32,000 nucleotides of DNA from Cumulibacter soli (lineage in GTDB: Bacteria; Actinomycetota; Actinomycetes; Mycobacteriales; Antricoccaceae): contig NZ_SMSG01000006.1 of assembly GCF_004382795.1 (NCBI RefSeq), positions 204,542-236,541 of the forward strand, read 5' to 3'. The position numbers and the translations under genes were made by a program. The notes beneath the pieces are model-generated. The model was not told the origin of the DNA, made no database searches, and saw only the letters and a list, made by a program, of their open reading frames with translations. This document shows positions 9,410 through 18,874 of this stretch, one piece after another. How positions within the stretch are numbered: position 1 is the stretch's first letter; each line of letters opens with the position of its first letter.

Positions 9410-10171
9410 CTACGCGGTGCCGAAGCGGCGTTCGCGTCCGGCGTACGCCAGGCAGGCATCCCACAAATCCAATCGATCAAAATCCGGCCAAAGCCGATCG
9501 ACGAACATCAACTCGGCGTACGCCGATTGCCACGGCAAGAAGTTGCTGGTGCGCTGCTCGCCGGACGAACGCAGGAATAGGTCAACGTCCGGCATATCGG
9601 GTTCGTCCAGGTAGCGCGCGAACACCTCCTCGGTGACCTTATCCGGATTCACGCGGCCGGCTTGCACATCGCGGGCCAGCGCGGCGGCAGCGTCGGCGAT
9701 CTCCGCTCGCCCCCCATAATTGACACACATCGTCAACGTGCAGGTCGTGTTGTCTTTGGTCAGTTCCTCGGCAATCTCGAGTTCCTTGATCACCGATCGC
9801 CACAAGCGCGGACGCCGCCCGGCCCATCGCACCCGAACACCGAGTTCGTGCATCTCATCGCGACGCCGACGGATCACGTCGCGGTTGAAGCCCATCAGGA
9901 ATCGAACCTCGTCCGGCGAACGCTTCCAGTTCTCTGTCGAGAACGCGTACGCGGACACCCACTTGACGCCGACCTCGATCGCGCCCTCGACCACGTCGAA
10001 CAGCGACGACTCCCCCGCCTCATGTCCTTTAGTGCGAGCCAGCCCCCGCGATTTGGCCCAGCGACCGTTACCGTCCATCACGATCGCGACATGATTCGGC
10101 ACCTTGTCCGATGGCAAGTCGGGCGCGATGGCGCCCGACGGATGCGGGGTGGGCCGGCGCGGCGGCATCAA
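9410..10171 (-). CDS. uppS: isoprenyl transferase (long-chain polyprenyl diphosphate synthase)
   Basis: [73 protein letters not shown]. Confidence 0.96.
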   Translation of the reverse strand: MMPPRRPTPHPSGAIAPDLPSDKVPNHVAIVMDGNGRWAKSRGLARTKGHEAGESSLFDVVEGAIEVGVKWVSAYAFSTENWKRSPDEVRFLMGFNRDVIRRRRDEMHELGVRVRWAGRRPRLWRSVIKELEIAEELTKDNTTCTLTMCVNYGGRAEIADAAAALARDVQAGRVNPDKVTEEVFARYLDEPDMPDVDLFLRSSGEQRTSNFLPWQSAYAELMFVDRLWPDFDRLDLWDACLAYAGRERRFGTA

Positions 10172-10995
10172 CGAGGCACCTCACTCTCTCGTGCCCCTAG
10201 GGGCAGTCCATCAAACAGATCTGGGTCGATGTCGTCGTACGGCGAGGCCGTCAAGGTGGCCGGCCGGTCTCGCTCCACCAGCGGCAGCGAACGCAACGCG
10301 CGCTCCAGGTGCCACTGCAGGTGGGCGGCGAGTACCCCGCTGGATTCGCGTTGCACCCTACGTTCGCTGGATTCGGCCAGTTCCCAATCACCGCACAGCA
10401 ACGCGTTCAGGTGCGCAGGGGTCTCACGTTGGATCGTGACCGCGCGCGGTACGGCGCAGGACGTACACGTTGTTCCCCCGGATTCCACCGAATAACGGCG
10501 ATGCGGCCCGGGGTCCGCGCACCGCGCGCATTCGTTCAGCGCAGGCTCCCACCCGGCGACAGACATCGCACGGACCAAGAATGCATCCAGCACCAGTTGC
10601 GCGGACCTCTCCTTTTGGCCAAGTGAACGCAGGGCGCCAACCAGCAGCAGGTACAACCGCAGCGATGCGGCTCCCTCCTCGCCAGCGAGTCGCTCACTGG
10701 CTTCGAGTATTGCCTGCATCGTCGTATAACGCGGGTAGTCATCGACTACCTGCGCTCCGAAATGGTGCAAACTTTCTGCCTGGGTCACGATGCCCAGCGA
10801 CCTACCGGCGTAGAGCTGCAGATCGACGTGACTACCTGGCTCCAACCGCGCGCCGAACTTCGAACCCGTGCGTCGTACGCCCTTGGCGACAGCGCGTACA
10901 ACACCGCCACGGCGGGTCAGCAGGGTGACGATGCGGTCAGCCTCCCCTAGCTTGTGCAGCCGCAGGACGACGCCCTCGTCGCGAACGGTGGTCAT
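10168..10995 (-). CDS. recO: DNA repair protein RecO
   Basis: [58 protein letters not shown]; adjacent to uppS and era. Confidence 0.93.
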   Translation of the reverse strand: MTTVRDEGVVLRLHKLGEADRIVTLLTRRGGVVRAVAKGVRRTGSKFGARLEPGSHVDLQLYAGRSLGIVTQAESLHHFGAQVVDDYPRYTTMQAILEASERLAGEEGAASLRLYLLLVGALRSLGQKERSAQLVLDAFLVRAMSVAGWEPALNECARCADPGPHRRYSVESGGTTCTSCAVPRAVTIQRETPAHLNALLCGDWELAESSERRVQRESSGVLAAHLQWHLERALRSLPLVERDRPATLTASPYDDIDPDLFDGLPLGARESEVPR

Positions 10996-11012
10996 TCGCT
11001 AGATCATCCCAC

Positions 11013-11477
11013 CTACTCGCCTCGCGCGGCGGTAAGTCGACGTTCGATCTCGGCCTGCGCCTCGATTGCGCCTCGCTCGTACCCGGCTTTTCCCACGCCG
11101 AGGTACACCAACAGATCGCGCACGTGGCCGTTATTCAGCAGGATGCGCAAACCTTGATTGTGCTGCAGTCGAGTACGCATTTCGCGGCCACCGACTCCTT
11201 TAACGTCGCTCCACGGCCACGAATCACGGGAGCCGGTTTTCGTCTCCGCGATCGCGATACCGTCCTCGTCGACGATCAGTAGTCGTTTGACCGTCGGCGA
11301 GGTCGCATCCAGGCACGGTGCACTCCAGGTCCCGGAGGGTAGTTGGTCAACGACCTTCTGTTGCCGAGTCCGTTCACGCTTGGCGACGAGTACGGCGATC
11401 GCGAGGATGACCACGAGGGCGGCCAACGCCCACGCCCCCGGGTAGTACGCCGCTGCGCCGTCGGCTGCCAGCACCAT
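11013..11477 (-). CDS. hypothetical membrane-anchored protein
   Basis: N-terminal TM AWALAALVVILAIAVLVA, cytoplasmic domain; ends directly against the era stop region. Confidence 0.7.
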   Translation of the reverse strand: MVLAADGAAAYYPGAWALAALVVILAIAVLVAKRERTRQQKVVDQLPSGTWSAPCLDATSPTVKRLLIVDEDGIAIAETKTGSRDSWPWSDVKGVGGREMRTRLQHNQGLRILLNNGHVRDLLVYLGVGKAGYERGAIEAQAEIERRLTAARGE

Positions 11478-12389
11478 TTAGAAACCCAGCCGGGTGAGTT
11501 TTTTGGGATCGCGCTGCCACTCGGCCAGCACGCTGACGTGCAGATGCAGGTAGATCCGGATACCCAGCCGCTCTTCGATCTGTTTGCGCGCGATGGTGCC
11601 GATCTGCTTGATCCGTGAACCGCGCGGGCCAAGCATGATGGGTTTCTGGCTCGACCGCTCGACATACAGGAACGCGTGCACGTCCAGGACGTCGGAGTCC
11701 TCGCGCGGCAGGATTTCTTCGACGGCACAAGCGATCGAGTGCGGCAACTCGTCGCGGGCCTCGGCGAGCGCGGCCTCACGGATGAACTCCGCGATCAGCT
11801 TTTCGGTGCTCTCGTCGGTCTTTTCATCGTCCAGGAACAGTTTCGGTCCTTCGGGCAGCTGCCTCTCGATGAGTTCGAGCAACAACTCCGTCTGTTCACC
11901 GGCCACCGCAGAGATCGGGATGATCTCGGCGAAGTCGCGACCGAGTTCGGCCTGCAGTTCGTTCACCTGCAGCAGCGCCTCCGCGATGCGGCGCGGCGCG
12001 GCGATATCGGTCTTCGTAACGATGCCGATCACCGGTGCCTTCGTGTTCTCGCGCAGCATTCGCGCGATGTACTTGTCGCCCGGCCCGACCTTTTCTCCTG
12101 CCGGGAGGCAGAAACCGATCACATCCACCTCGGACAGTGTCGCGGTGACGACGTCGTTCAACCGCTCGCCGAGCAGCGTCCGCGGGCGGTGTAGCCCAGG
12201 GGTGTCCACGATGACGATCTGCGCGTCAGGTCGGTCGACGATCCCGCGGATCGCGTGCCGGGTCGTCTGCGGCTTATCGCTGGTGATCGCGATCTTCTCC
12301 CCCACCAACGCATTGGTGAGCGTGGATTTCCCCGCATTGGGTCGCCCCACGAAGCTGACGAATCCACTGCGATGTGCTGCTTCGCTCAT
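11478..12389 (-). CDS. era: GTPase Era
   Basis: FVSFVGRPNAGKSTLTNALVGEKIAITSDKPQTTRHAIRGI, VDTPGLHRPRTLLGERLN, TKTD, KH-domain VERSSQKPIMLGPRGSRIKQIG. Confidence 0.97.
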   Translation of the reverse strand: MSEAAHRSGFVSFVGRPNAGKSTLTNALVGEKIAITSDKPQTTRHAIRGIVDRPDAQIVIVDTPGLHRPRTLLGERLNDVVTATLSEVDVIGFCLPAGEKVGPGDKYIARMLRENTKAPVIGIVTKTDIAAPRRIAEALLQVNELQAELGRDFAEIIPISAVAGEQTELLLELIERQLPEGPKLFLDDEKTDESTEKLIAEFIREAALAEARDELPHSIACAVEEILPREDSDVLDVHAFLYVERSSQKPIMLGPRGSRIKQIGTIARKQIEERLGIRIYLHLHVSVLAEWQRDPKKLTRLGF

Positions 12390-13738
12390 CGTTCCACCTC
12401 CTGGTCGCGATACGGGTAATCCCGTTCATCGTGCTGATTCTCCCCGGAGGGGGCCGAACTCGGCAAAGACTCGCGTACGACGCGCACTGACGAGATCCGA
12501 TTTCGCCGCCCGATGGTGTCCTCGGCCTCCAGGCGCAACCCGGCAACCCGGACGACCGCGCCGGGAATCGGCACCAACCCAAGTTGCTGCGCCATCAGAC
12601 CGCCAACGGTCTCCACGTCGTCGTTGATCTCGATATCGACGTCGAATTTCTCGGCTAGGTCCTCCACGGTGACCCGCGACTGGATCCGGACGCTACCGTC
12701 TTCGAGATCTTCGATCGGCGCGACCTCGTTCGTGTCGTACTCGTCCGCGATCTCGCCGACGATTTCCTCCAGGATGTCCTCGATCGTCAACAGACCAGCC
12801 GTACCGCCGTACTCGTCGATCACGATCGCGATGTGGATCCGGTTGATCTGCATCTCGCGCAGCAGGTCGTCAACCGGTTTCGATTCGGGGACGAAACTTG
12901 CCGGTCGCATCACCTCGGCGATGGGGGTTTTCCGAGCGGTATCGGCATCCGATCCCTGGGTGCGCCGTACCAGATCTTTCAGGTAGACGACGCCGATGAT
13001 GTCGTCAACGTTCTCGCCGACGACCGGGATGCGAGAGAAACCGCTGCGTAGCGCGAGGGCGAGTGCCTGCCCGACCCGTTTGGAGCCCTCGATCCACACC
13101 ATCTCCGGCCGCGGGACCATCACCTCCCGGGCAATGGTGTCGCCGAGGCCGAATACCGCATGAACCATCTCGCGCTCTTCATGCTCAACAACGCCGCGCT
13201 GTTCGGCCAGATCAACCAGCTCGCGCAGTTCTACTTCAGTGGCAAACGGACCTTCCCGGAAACCGCGGCCCGGGGTAATCGCGTTGCCAATCACGATCAG
13301 TAAGCCGGCGATCGGTCCGAGCACGATCCCTAGCGTGCGCACCAGGACGGCCGTACGCAGCGCCGTAGCGTATGGGTGTTGGCGGCCGAGCGTGCGCGGG
13401 CCCACACCGACGATGACGTAACTGATCACGGTCATACCGGCCGCCGCGGTCAATACCTGCACCCAGGTGGCATCGATGTAGTTGGTGATCACGACGGTAG
13501 CCATCACCACCGCCGTCATCTCACATGCGAGGCGCAGCAGCAACAGGAGGTTGGTGTGGCGCGGCAGGTCAGCGACGACATCCGCGAGCGCTTTCGCTCC
13601 GCGCACACCTTCCTTGCAGAACTCAGATACGCGCGCCTTGCTGACTCGAAGCAGTGCCGCGTCGACCATGGCAAAGACGCCGCCGAGGACGACGAGGACC
13701 AGGGCGACGATCAGCAGCGTCAGATCCGAACTAGCCAC
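12386..13738 (-). CDS. CNNM/CorC-like transporter-associated protein (DUF21 + CBS domains)
   Basis: Membrane N-terminus, EHEEREMVHAVFGLGDTIAREVMVPRPEMVWI, GIVYLKDLV, VIDEYGGTAGLLTIEDILEEIVGEIADEYD. Confidence 0.93.
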   Translation of the reverse strand: MASSDLTLLIVALVLVVLGGVFAMVDAALLRVSKARVSEFCKEGVRGAKALADVVADLPRHTNLLLLLRLACEMTAVVMATVVITNYIDATWVQVLTAAAGMTVISYVIVGVGPRTLGRQHPYATALRTAVLVRTLGIVLGPIAGLLIVIGNAITPGRGFREGPFATEVELRELVDLAEQRGVVEHEEREMVHAVFGLGDTIAREVMVPRPEMVWIEGSKRVGQALALALRSGFSRIPVVGENVDDIIGVVYLKDLVRRTQGSDADTARKTPIAEVMRPASFVPESKPVDDLLREMQINRIHIAIVIDEYGGTAGLLTIEDILEEIVGEIADEYDTNEVAPIEDLEDGSVRIQSRVTVEDLAEKFDVDIEINDDVETVGGLMAQQLGLVPIPGAVVRVAGLRLEAEDTIGRRNRISSVRVVRESLPSSAPSGENQHDERDYPYRDQEVER

Positions 13739-14228
13739 GCGCTCGTTCGGTCTCCGCTCGCCACTTCTTCAACAGTTGCCCCTGCAGCCCGAACATCTCA
13801 CGCTCCTCCTCGGGCTCCATATGGTCATAGCCCAGCAGATGCAGAATGCCGTGCGTGGTGAGCATATGTAACTCATCCTCGAACGTGTGCCCGGCGGCCG
13901 CGGCCTGCGAGATCGCCACCGCGGGACACAGCACGATGTCGCCGACGATGCCTGGCTCTTCGTCCTCATCGTCGGCGATATCCGCCGGCGCGACGCCGGG
14001 TCGAGTGGCCGGGCTGAGCTCGTCCATCGGGAAGGCCAGCACGTCGGTCGCGCCTTCCTCGCCCATCCAGCGCTCGTTCAGTGCGGCCATGTGCGGGACG
14101 TCGACGATCAGAATCGAGAGCTCTGCTTGCGGATGGATGCCGAGCTGGCCGAGCATGAAGTCAGCGATCGCGGCCAACCGGATCTCGCCGACCGGGATCG
14201 AGGACTCGTTGGTGATCTCAACGCTCAT
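13731..14228 (-). CDS. ybeY: endoribonuclease/rRNA maturation factor YbeY
   Basis: GIVGDIVLCPAVAISQAAAAGHTFEDELHMLTTHGILHLLGYDHMEPEEEREMF; H3xH5xH motif. Confidence 0.96.
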   Translation of the reverse strand: MSVEITNESSIPVGEIRLAAIADFMLGQLGIHPQAELSILIVDVPHMAALNERWMGEEGATDVLAFPMDELSPATRPGVAPADIADDEDEEPGIVGDIVLCPAVAISQAAAAGHTFEDELHMLTTHGILHLLGYDHMEPEEEREMFGLQGQLLKKWRAETERARG

Positions 14229-15310
14229 GCCTGACGCCTTCCGCGGTCTTCACGCTGGCCACGCTGATCCTGTCGACCACGGGCGTCATGCCGCGCGTAG
14301 GCGTCGACGATTTCTCCGACCAGACGGTGCCGAACGACGTCCTGACTGGTGAGTTCACGGAACCCGATGTCGTCCACGCCATCGAGAATGTCACGCACAA
14401 TCCGCAAGCCCGACTGTTGCCCGCCGGGAAGATCAACCTGGGTCGTGTCGCCGGTGACCACGATTTTGGAGCCGAACCCGAGTCGGGTGAGGAACATCTT
14501 CATCTGCTCGGCGGTGGTGTTCTGCGCCTCGTCCAGAATGATGAACGCATCGTTGAGGCTCCGACCGCGCATATAGGCAAGCGGAGCGACCTCGATGGTT
14601 CCGGCCTCCATCAGGCGCGGGATCGACTCGGGGTCGATCATGTCGTGCAGCGCGTCATACAGCGGCCGCAAGTACGGATCGATCTTCTCCGACAATGAGC
14701 CGGGAAGGAATCCGAGGCGCTCGCCGGCCTCCACCGCGGGACGCGTCAGGATGATTCGGTTGACCTGCTTGGACTGCAAAGCCTGCACGGCCTTGGCCAT
14801 CGCCAGGTAAGTCTTTCCGGTGCCCGCCGGTCCGATACCGAACACGATCGTGTGTGCGTCGATCGCATCGACGTATTCTTTCTGCCCGATCGTCTTGGGT
14901 CGAATCGAGCGACCGCGGCGACTCAAAATGTTGATGCTGAGCACGTCGGCCGGGCGCTGATGGCGATCCTGACGCATCATGCCAATACTGCGCCGTACGA
15001 CGTCCGTGCTCAATTCGTGCCCGGACTGCAGCAGGGCCAGCAACTCGTCGAACACCCGCTGGGTGAACGCGACTTCGCCGTGATGGCCGGTGATCGTGAT
15101 GGATGTGCCACGAACGTCGATCTGAGTGGTGACGCTCGACTCGATGAGCCGGAGGTACTCGTCTCGGACGCCGAGCAACGTCACCATCGGCGTACTCGAC
15201 GGGACCTCGAACGTGGTGCTGACAGGCTGCGCATCGCCCGAGTCGGCCGCCACTGCGGGAGGCGCGGTATTCGTGTGGGATTGGTTCCTGGTTTCGCCGG
15301 TGCTCGACAC
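14225..15310 (-). CDS. phoH: PhoH-like ATPase
   Basis: IVFGIGPAGTGKTYLAMAKAVQAL, ILTRPAVEAGERLGFLPGSLSEKIDPYLRPLYDAL, FIILDEAQNTTAEQMKMFLTRLGFGSKIVVTGDTTQVDLP. Confidence 0.96.
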   Translation of the reverse strand: MSSTGETRNQSHTNTAPPAVAADSGDAQPVSTTFEVPSSTPMVTLLGVRDEYLRLIESSVTTQIDVRGTSITITGHHGEVAFTQRVFDELLALLQSGHELSTDVVRRSIGMMRQDRHQRPADVLSINILSRRGRSIRPKTIGQKEYVDAIDAHTIVFGIGPAGTGKTYLAMAKAVQALQSKQVNRIILTRPAVEAGERLGFLPGSLSEKIDPYLRPLYDALHDMIDPESIPRLMEAGTIEVAPLAYMRGRSLNDAFIILDEAQNTTAEQMKMFLTRLGFGSKIVVTGDTTQVDLPGGQQSGLRIVRDILDGVDDIGFRELTSQDVVRHRLVGEIVDAYARHDARGRQDQRGQREDRGRRQA

Positions 15311-15417
15311 GAGGAGCGTGTACCTGGCCTTTCACGCGGGGCTGGAATACCCCAAGTCTAGTTGAGTGCCGCGACAGGAACCATGGCATTTGTTTTCGAC
15401 GACCAATTGCTGGTTCC

Positions 15418-16164
15418 TCAGCCCGCCCAGCGGTTCAGGGCGACACTTGCCCAGGTGGCTCCGACCAGCCCCGCCGTCGAAGTCCGCAACACCTCCGGAC
15501 CAAGCCTGATTATCGACGCGCCGGCGGCGCGTAGCGCGTCCAATTCATCGGGCGAGACACCGCCTTCGGGGCCAACCACAAGGACGACGTCGCTACCGCC
15601 ACGATCCAGATTCAATGCCGTGATCGGCTCGGTCGCCGACTCGTGCAGCACGATCGACTGCGCATCACCGCAGAGGTCGGCGACTGCGGCAGCATGCACC
15701 ACCGGGCCGATTCGGGGGATGCGAGCGCGCCGCGACTGCTTGGCTGCTTCGCGTGCGACCTGAGCCCATCGCGCGCGGGACTTATCTTCCTTACCGTCCC
15801 ATTTCGCGACGCTGTGGGTGGCCTGCCAGGGGATGATCTCGTCGACGCCGATCTCGGTCAGCATTTCGACCGCGAGTGTGCCCCGGTCGCCTTTCGCCAG
15901 CGCCTGTACGACGATCAGCCGCGGTAGCCGCTCAACCTCGGTGCCCCTGGCGATGACCTGCGCGCGCAGCGATCGCTGCGCCAACTCGATGACCTCGCAG
16001 TCGGCGTAGCACCCATTACCGTCGGCGATCCGTATCGCTTCCCCGGTCCGGATCCGGCGCACCCGCACCGCGTGCGCGCCGTCCTCACCGCCGAGTTCAA
16101 TGATGTCCGCGTCGTCCGGCAGTTCACCAAAAAAGACCGGCGGGTACGCCGAGGCGCGTGCCAT
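15418..16164 (-). CDS. rsmE: 16S rRNA (uracil1498-N3)-methyltransferase RsmE
   Basis: VVLVVGPEGGVSPDELDALRAAGASIIRLGPEVLRTSTAGLVG SPOUT knot motif; next to dnaJ. Confidence 0.95.
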   Translation of the reverse strand: MARASAYPPVFFGELPDDADIIELGGEDGAHAVRVRRIRTGEAIRIADGNGCYADCEVIELAQRSLRAQVIARGTEVERLPRLIVVQALAKGDRGTLAVEMLTEIGVDEIIPWQATHSVAKWDGKEDKSRARWAQVAREAAKQSRRARIPRIGPVVHAAAVADLCGDAQSIVLHESATEPITALNLDRGGSDVVLVVGPEGGVSPDELDALRAAGASIIRLGPEVLRTSTAGLVGATWASVALNRWAG

Positions 16165-17315
16165 CAGCGGCCGTGAAAGGCGTCGCGCATCCGGCTGAAC
16201 AGGCCACCGGCGGGGTTGGCCTTCGTCGAGGCCTCTCCCTCTTCGCCGCGAGCCGCGGCGAGTTCGGTTAGCAGCCGGGTCTGCTCGGCATCCAGTTTGG
16301 TCGGCGTACGAACCTCCAGGTGCACGATCAGGTCACCTCGGGTACTCGATCGCAGCCGCGGGACGCCCTTCTCGCGCACCGTCAGTTTGTCGCCGGATTG
16401 AGTGCCTGCCTTGATCTCGATACTTTCGTTCGATTCGTCCAGGTTCGTCAGTTCCAGGGTGGTGCCCAGCGCGGCGGATGTCATCGGCAGCGTGACGCGG
16501 CAGTGCAGGTCCTCACCCTCGCGGGTGAAGATGTCGTGGGCCTGCTCGTGGACCTCGATGTACAGGTCGCCCGCCGGCCCGCCGCCCGGCCCGACCTCTC
16601 CTTGACTGGCCAACCGAATCCGCATCCCGTCTTCGACACCGGCGGGGATCCGCGCCGAGACCGTACGCCGGGCGCGAACCCGCCCGTCGCCGGCGCACTT
16701 CGCGCACGGCGAGGGAATGATGACGCCAGTACCGCGGCACGCGTGGCACTCGCGGGTCACCATCATCTGGCCCAGCAGGGTGCGCTGTACGGCCTGGATC
16801 TCACCGCGGCCCCCGCAGGTCCCACACTCGCTGATCGACGTGCCCTCGCTAGTGCCTTCGCCCTGGCAGGTATCGCACAGAATCGCGGTTTCGACCGCAA
16901 ACTCTTTGGTCACGCCGAACGCGGTCTCCTCGAGCGTCAGTTCGACCGGAAGCAACGCGTCGGCGCCGGGGCGCACGCGACTCTTGGGTTGGCGGGTGGC
17001 GCCACTGCCGCCGAAGAACGCGTCCATGATGTCGCTGAACCCGCCGAATCCGGCCGCGCCGAACCCTCCGGCGCCACCACCGCGCGATCCGCCGTTGGTG
17101 TCGTAAGGGTCGCCGCCCAGGTCGACGATGCGCCGCTTCTCCGGGTCGGTGAGCACCTCATACGCGCGCGAGACCTCACCGAAACGCTCCTGCGCCTCCG
17201 GCGAGGAGTTCACGTCCGGGTGGTAGTCACGGGCAAGTTTGCGGTAGGCCTTCTTGATATCGGACGTCGAGGCGTCCTTCTCCAGGCCCAGTACGGCAAA
17301 GTAATCCGTTGGCAC
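16164..17315 (-). CDS. dnaJ: chaperone DnaJ (type I)
   Basis: DYFAVLGLEKDASTSDIKKAYRKLARDYHPDVN J-domain with HPD; four CxxCxGxG-like zinc-finger repeats (CDTCQGEG, CGTCGGRG, CHACRGTG, CAKCAGDG). Confidence 0.97.
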   Translation of the reverse strand: MPTDYFAVLGLEKDASTSDIKKAYRKLARDYHPDVNSSPEAQERFGEVSRAYEVLTDPEKRRIVDLGGDPYDTNGGSRGGGAGGFGAAGFGGFSDIMDAFFGGSGATRQPKSRVRPGADALLPVELTLEETAFGVTKEFAVETAILCDTCQGEGTSEGTSISECGTCGGRGEIQAVQRTLLGQMMVTRECHACRGTGVIIPSPCAKCAGDGRVRARRTVSARIPAGVEDGMRIRLASQGEVGPGGGPAGDLYIEVHEQAHDIFTREGEDLHCRVTLPMTSAALGTTLELTNLDESNESIEIKAGTQSGDKLTVREKGVPRLRSSTRGDLIVHLEVRTPTKLDAEQTRLLTELAAARGEEGEASTKANPAGGLFSRMRDAFHGR

Positions 17316-17359
17316 AGTGCTCCAGTCGAGTTTTGAGTACGTAGGTCAAGTGCGGGGGT

Positions 17360-18379
17360 TCAGCCGCCGTGTATCAGGCGGCTGACATATCGGGCGACGG
17401 TCATCACCGCGCCCATATTGGCGGCGTAGTCCATCCGCGTCGGGCCGACCACCGCAAGCCCGCCGAGGTGGCGCAACTCGTCGCCGTACGACGTGGATAC
17501 GACGGAGGTAGACCACAGACCCGGGGTCGGGTTCTCTTCGCCGATGGACACACGGACACCGGCCGAGGCCGATTCGTCGATCAGTTTCAGCAGTATGACG
17601 TGCTCTTCGAGCGCGTCCAGGACCTCACCGAGTGAGGAATGGAAATCAGAGGTTTGACGGGTCAGGTTCGCCGCGCCGCCGACCATCACCCGGCCGTCGT
17701 CGGGCTCGACGAGAGCGTCCAGCAGCAACGTGCACACCACGGCCATGGCCGCACTCAGCTCGGCGCTCACCGCAACCGGCAACCCAGCCACGAGCGCGGC
17801 TGCGTCGGACAGTTCCTGCCCGGCCAGCGAGGAGTTCACCGCGTTCCGCAGGTCGACAACGTCGTCCGGGCTGAGTTCAGCCGGAATATCGGCGCTGCGC
17901 TGTTCGACGCGCCCGGACTCGGTAATCAGCACCACCATCACGCGGGTGCTCGCGACGGGGACGATTTCGATATGTCGAACAACGGAGCGCAGCAGGCTCG
18001 GGTAGCTGATCACAGCAGCCTGCCTGGTCAGTTGCGACAGCAGCCGCACGCTACGGCGCAGGACGTCGTCCAGATCGACGGCACCTTCGATGAAGCGCTC
18101 GATCGCGCGTCGCTCGGCGCCGGACATCGGACGCAGTTCGTCGAGTTCGTCGACGAACAGGCGGTACCCCTTGCCCGTGGGGATCCGCCCGGCGCTGGTG
18201 TGCGGATGGGTGATGTACCCCTCCTCCTCCAACGCCGCCATATCGTTGCGGATCGTTGCGGCCGACACGCCGAGATTGTGGCGCTCAACGATGGCCTTGC
18301 TGCCGACCGGTTCATTCGTGGAGACGAAGTCGGCGACAACGGCTCGCAATACATCCAGTCGTCGTTGCTGCGTGGACAT
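17360..18379 (-). CDS. hrcA: heat-inducible transcriptional repressor HrcA
   Basis: STQQRRLDVLRAVVADFVSTNEPVGSKAIVERHNLGVSAATIRNDMAALEEEGYITHPHTSAGRIPTGKGYRLFVD; adjacent to dnaJ and preceded by a CIRCE element. Confidence 0.97.
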   Translation of the reverse strand: MSTQQRRLDVLRAVVADFVSTNEPVGSKAIVERHNLGVSAATIRNDMAALEEEGYITHPHTSAGRIPTGKGYRLFVDELDELRPMSGAERRAIERFIEGAVDLDDVLRRSVRLLSQLTRQAAVISYPSLLRSVVRHIEIVPVASTRVMVVLITESGRVEQRSADIPAELSPDDVVDLRNAVNSSLAGQELSDAAALVAGLPVAVSAELSAAMAVVCTLLLDALVEPDDGRVMVGGAANLTRQTSDFHSSLGEVLDALEEHVILLKLIDESASAGVRVSIGEENPTPGLWSTSVVSTSYGDELRHLGGLAVVGPTRMDYAANMGAVMTVARYVSRLIHGG

Positions 18380-18399
18380 CCGTCACCTCCTCGTCTCGA

Positions 18400-18426
18400 T
18401 TGGCACTCCGGGCCGCAGAGTGCCAG
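18400..18426 (-). promoter_or_regulatory. CIRCE operator (HrcA binding site)
   Basis: TTGGCACTC-N9-GAGTGCCAG (18400-18408, 18418-18426): near-perfect 9-9-9 inverted repeat matching the CIRCE consensus TTAGCACTC-N9-GAGTGCTAA, 21 bp upstream of the hrcA start. Confidence 0.93.
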
Positions 18427-18535
18427 GTCAAGTTTACGTCTCGCTCGGCAGTATGGGCGAGGGTATGCGGGTGTGCCGACCTACACTCTCCTCGAGCGTC
18501 ACCGACCAATATCAGCGAATAGAACGGTAAGCATC

Positions 18536-18874
18536 GTGATCTTCAAGGCGATCGGCAACGGCCGCCCGTATCCCGAGCATGGGTTGACCCAGCGCGAATG
18601 GTCGACGATTCCACCGCAACAGATCCGGCTGGATGAGTTGACGACGACCAAGCGCGAACTCGCATTGGACGCATTGCTGGACGAGGCGAGCACCTTTTAC
18701 GGCGACCTGTTCACTCATGTGGTCCGCTGGCGCGGCGAGTCTTACCTCGAGGATGGGCTGCACCGCGCGTTACGCTCCGCGCTGCATCAGCGCACCGCAA
18801 TTCATGCCAGAGTGCTTGACCTCGATAAACCGTCGGGTGAGTTCGCTCGCCGCCTCAAAGGAGAGCACTCATGA
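18536..18874 (+). CDS. conserved actinobacterial hypothetical protein (homologs sometimes annotated as VapB-like)
   Basis: GTG 18536: MIFKAIGNGRPYPEHGLTQREWSTIPPQQIRLDELTTTKRELALDALLDEASTFYGDLFTHVVRWRGESYLEDGLHRALRSALHQRTAIHARVLDL. Only the 3' part of ORF 17639..18874 is real; the rest is antisense to hrcA. Confidence 0.8.
   Translation: MIFKAIGNGRPYPEHGLTQREWSTIPPQQIRLDELTTTKRELALDALLDEASTFYGDLFTHVVRWRGESYLEDGLHRALRSALHQRTAIHARVLDLDKPSGEFARRLKGEHS

Noticed and set aside
11584-12627. 347-aa plus-strand ORF
   Set aside because: Antisense to era and the CBS-domain gene, Ser/Arg-rich shadow frame with no recognisable motifs.
14655-15389. 244-aa minus-strand ORF overlapping phoH
   Set aside because: Same strand but alternate frame of phoH; the phoH frame carries all conserved motifs.
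16320-17336. 338-aa plus-strand ORF
   Set aside because: Antisense to dnaJ; composition and lack of motifs indicate a shadow ORF.
17639-18535. 5' two-thirds of the long plus-strand ORF 17639..18874
   Set aside because: Antisense to hrcA, low-complexity translation typical of a GC-rich shadow frame; only the part from GTG 18536 looks like a real protein.
18536-18874. Toxin-antitoxin module (VapB-like antitoxin)
   Set aside because: No adjacent PIN-domain or other toxin gene; the downstream gene is a membrane-anchored extracytoplasmic protein.
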